Below, one piece after another: positions 63,386 through 64,000 of a stretch of DNA of 64,000 nucleotides. Below the pieces are notes generated by a model that worked only from the letters and a program-made list of their open reading frames with translations, was not told the origin of the DNA and did not search any database. This DNA is from Mobula hypostoma. Lineage: Eukaryota. The stretch covers positions 88,166,001 to 88,230,000 of the forward strand of contig NC_086108.1 in the NCBI RefSeq assembly GCF_963921235.1, in the 5' to 3' direction. A program made the position numbers and the translations under genes. Every line of letters starts with the position of its first letter. The first letter of the stretch is position 1.

Positions 63386-64000
63386 ACGTGATCAATAGAT
63401 CTGAATCTGAATCACTGAATATGCTGATTACTGATCTATGCGTGACAAAAGTAATTGAGTTAGTTACTAACTTATTGTCTCACAGCAGTCACAGAGCTGC
63501 CTACTAACCCTGTGTCAAATAGCAGTGAGGGGCTAGGTTCCACAACAGGACTTCCTGGAATAAGGAAGTGATTTTAGAATAAAGAAAGAAATTTTTTCTC
63601 CCCTCACCCCCACCCCCCGAGCCCGCCGCCAATTTAAAGCATTTCATTACAGGAAACTTTGTCTGGTTGGAGAAATATTTCATATCACTGATCCTTTCCC
63701 ACTCTCTCTTGCCAAGGTCACATGACTGTGTTGACAGCAAAGTTCAGAGGCCGATAGTCATTCTAGTCAGCAGGACATGGAATATTGTTTTTGTAAGCTC
63801 ATATCTAACTTCCTCCCAACCCTGTAAATCAGACTTGCTTGATTACATTGCGGAAATGGTCTTTATTCCCTAAAAAACAATCCCAGGTTAGTAGCCCAAG
63901 TGTTAACCTTGGTATGGGGCTCAGTGCTAAAGTTTAAAGGATCGAAGTATTTGGATTTCCATTTTATTTTTAGAAGACAAAATAAAGATCCTTATGGAAG

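Noticed and set aside
1..64000. Prokaryotic RT systems (retron, DGR, group II intron) or a novel operon
   Set aside because: Every RT here has eukaryotic LINE or PLE motifs with tails and TSDs. There is no gene-dense or operon structure.

Overview
This is repeat-dense vertebrate genomic DNA, not prokaryotic. The repeat repertoire suggests a cartilaginous fish, probably a ray or shark (inference). I found no intact host protein-coding gene. Most ORFs in the supplied track are decayed retroelement frames or their antisense shadows. The window is a layered set of transposon remnants: CR1-type, Rex1/Babar-type, L1/Tx1, RTE and Hero-type LINEs; Penelope-like elements (PLEs); tRNA-derived SINEs; three solo LTRs; a Gypsy protease remnant; an epsilon-like endogenous retrovirus (pol-env-3'LTR); and a decayed Harbinger transposase. 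Many insertions have readable target-site duplications (TSDs) that give their nesting order. The most system-like signal is the Penelope family: one RT/GIY-YIG element with ~870-bp inverted arms, plus many short derivatives, several palindromic and TSD-flanked, carrying intact or decayed minimal hammerhead ribozyme motifs (CUGANGA...GAAAC-GUC). Minimal hammerheads in PLEs are known in general, so I do not claim a wholly new system. All family assignments come from motif recognition by eye, and boundaries without a quoted TSD are approximate.
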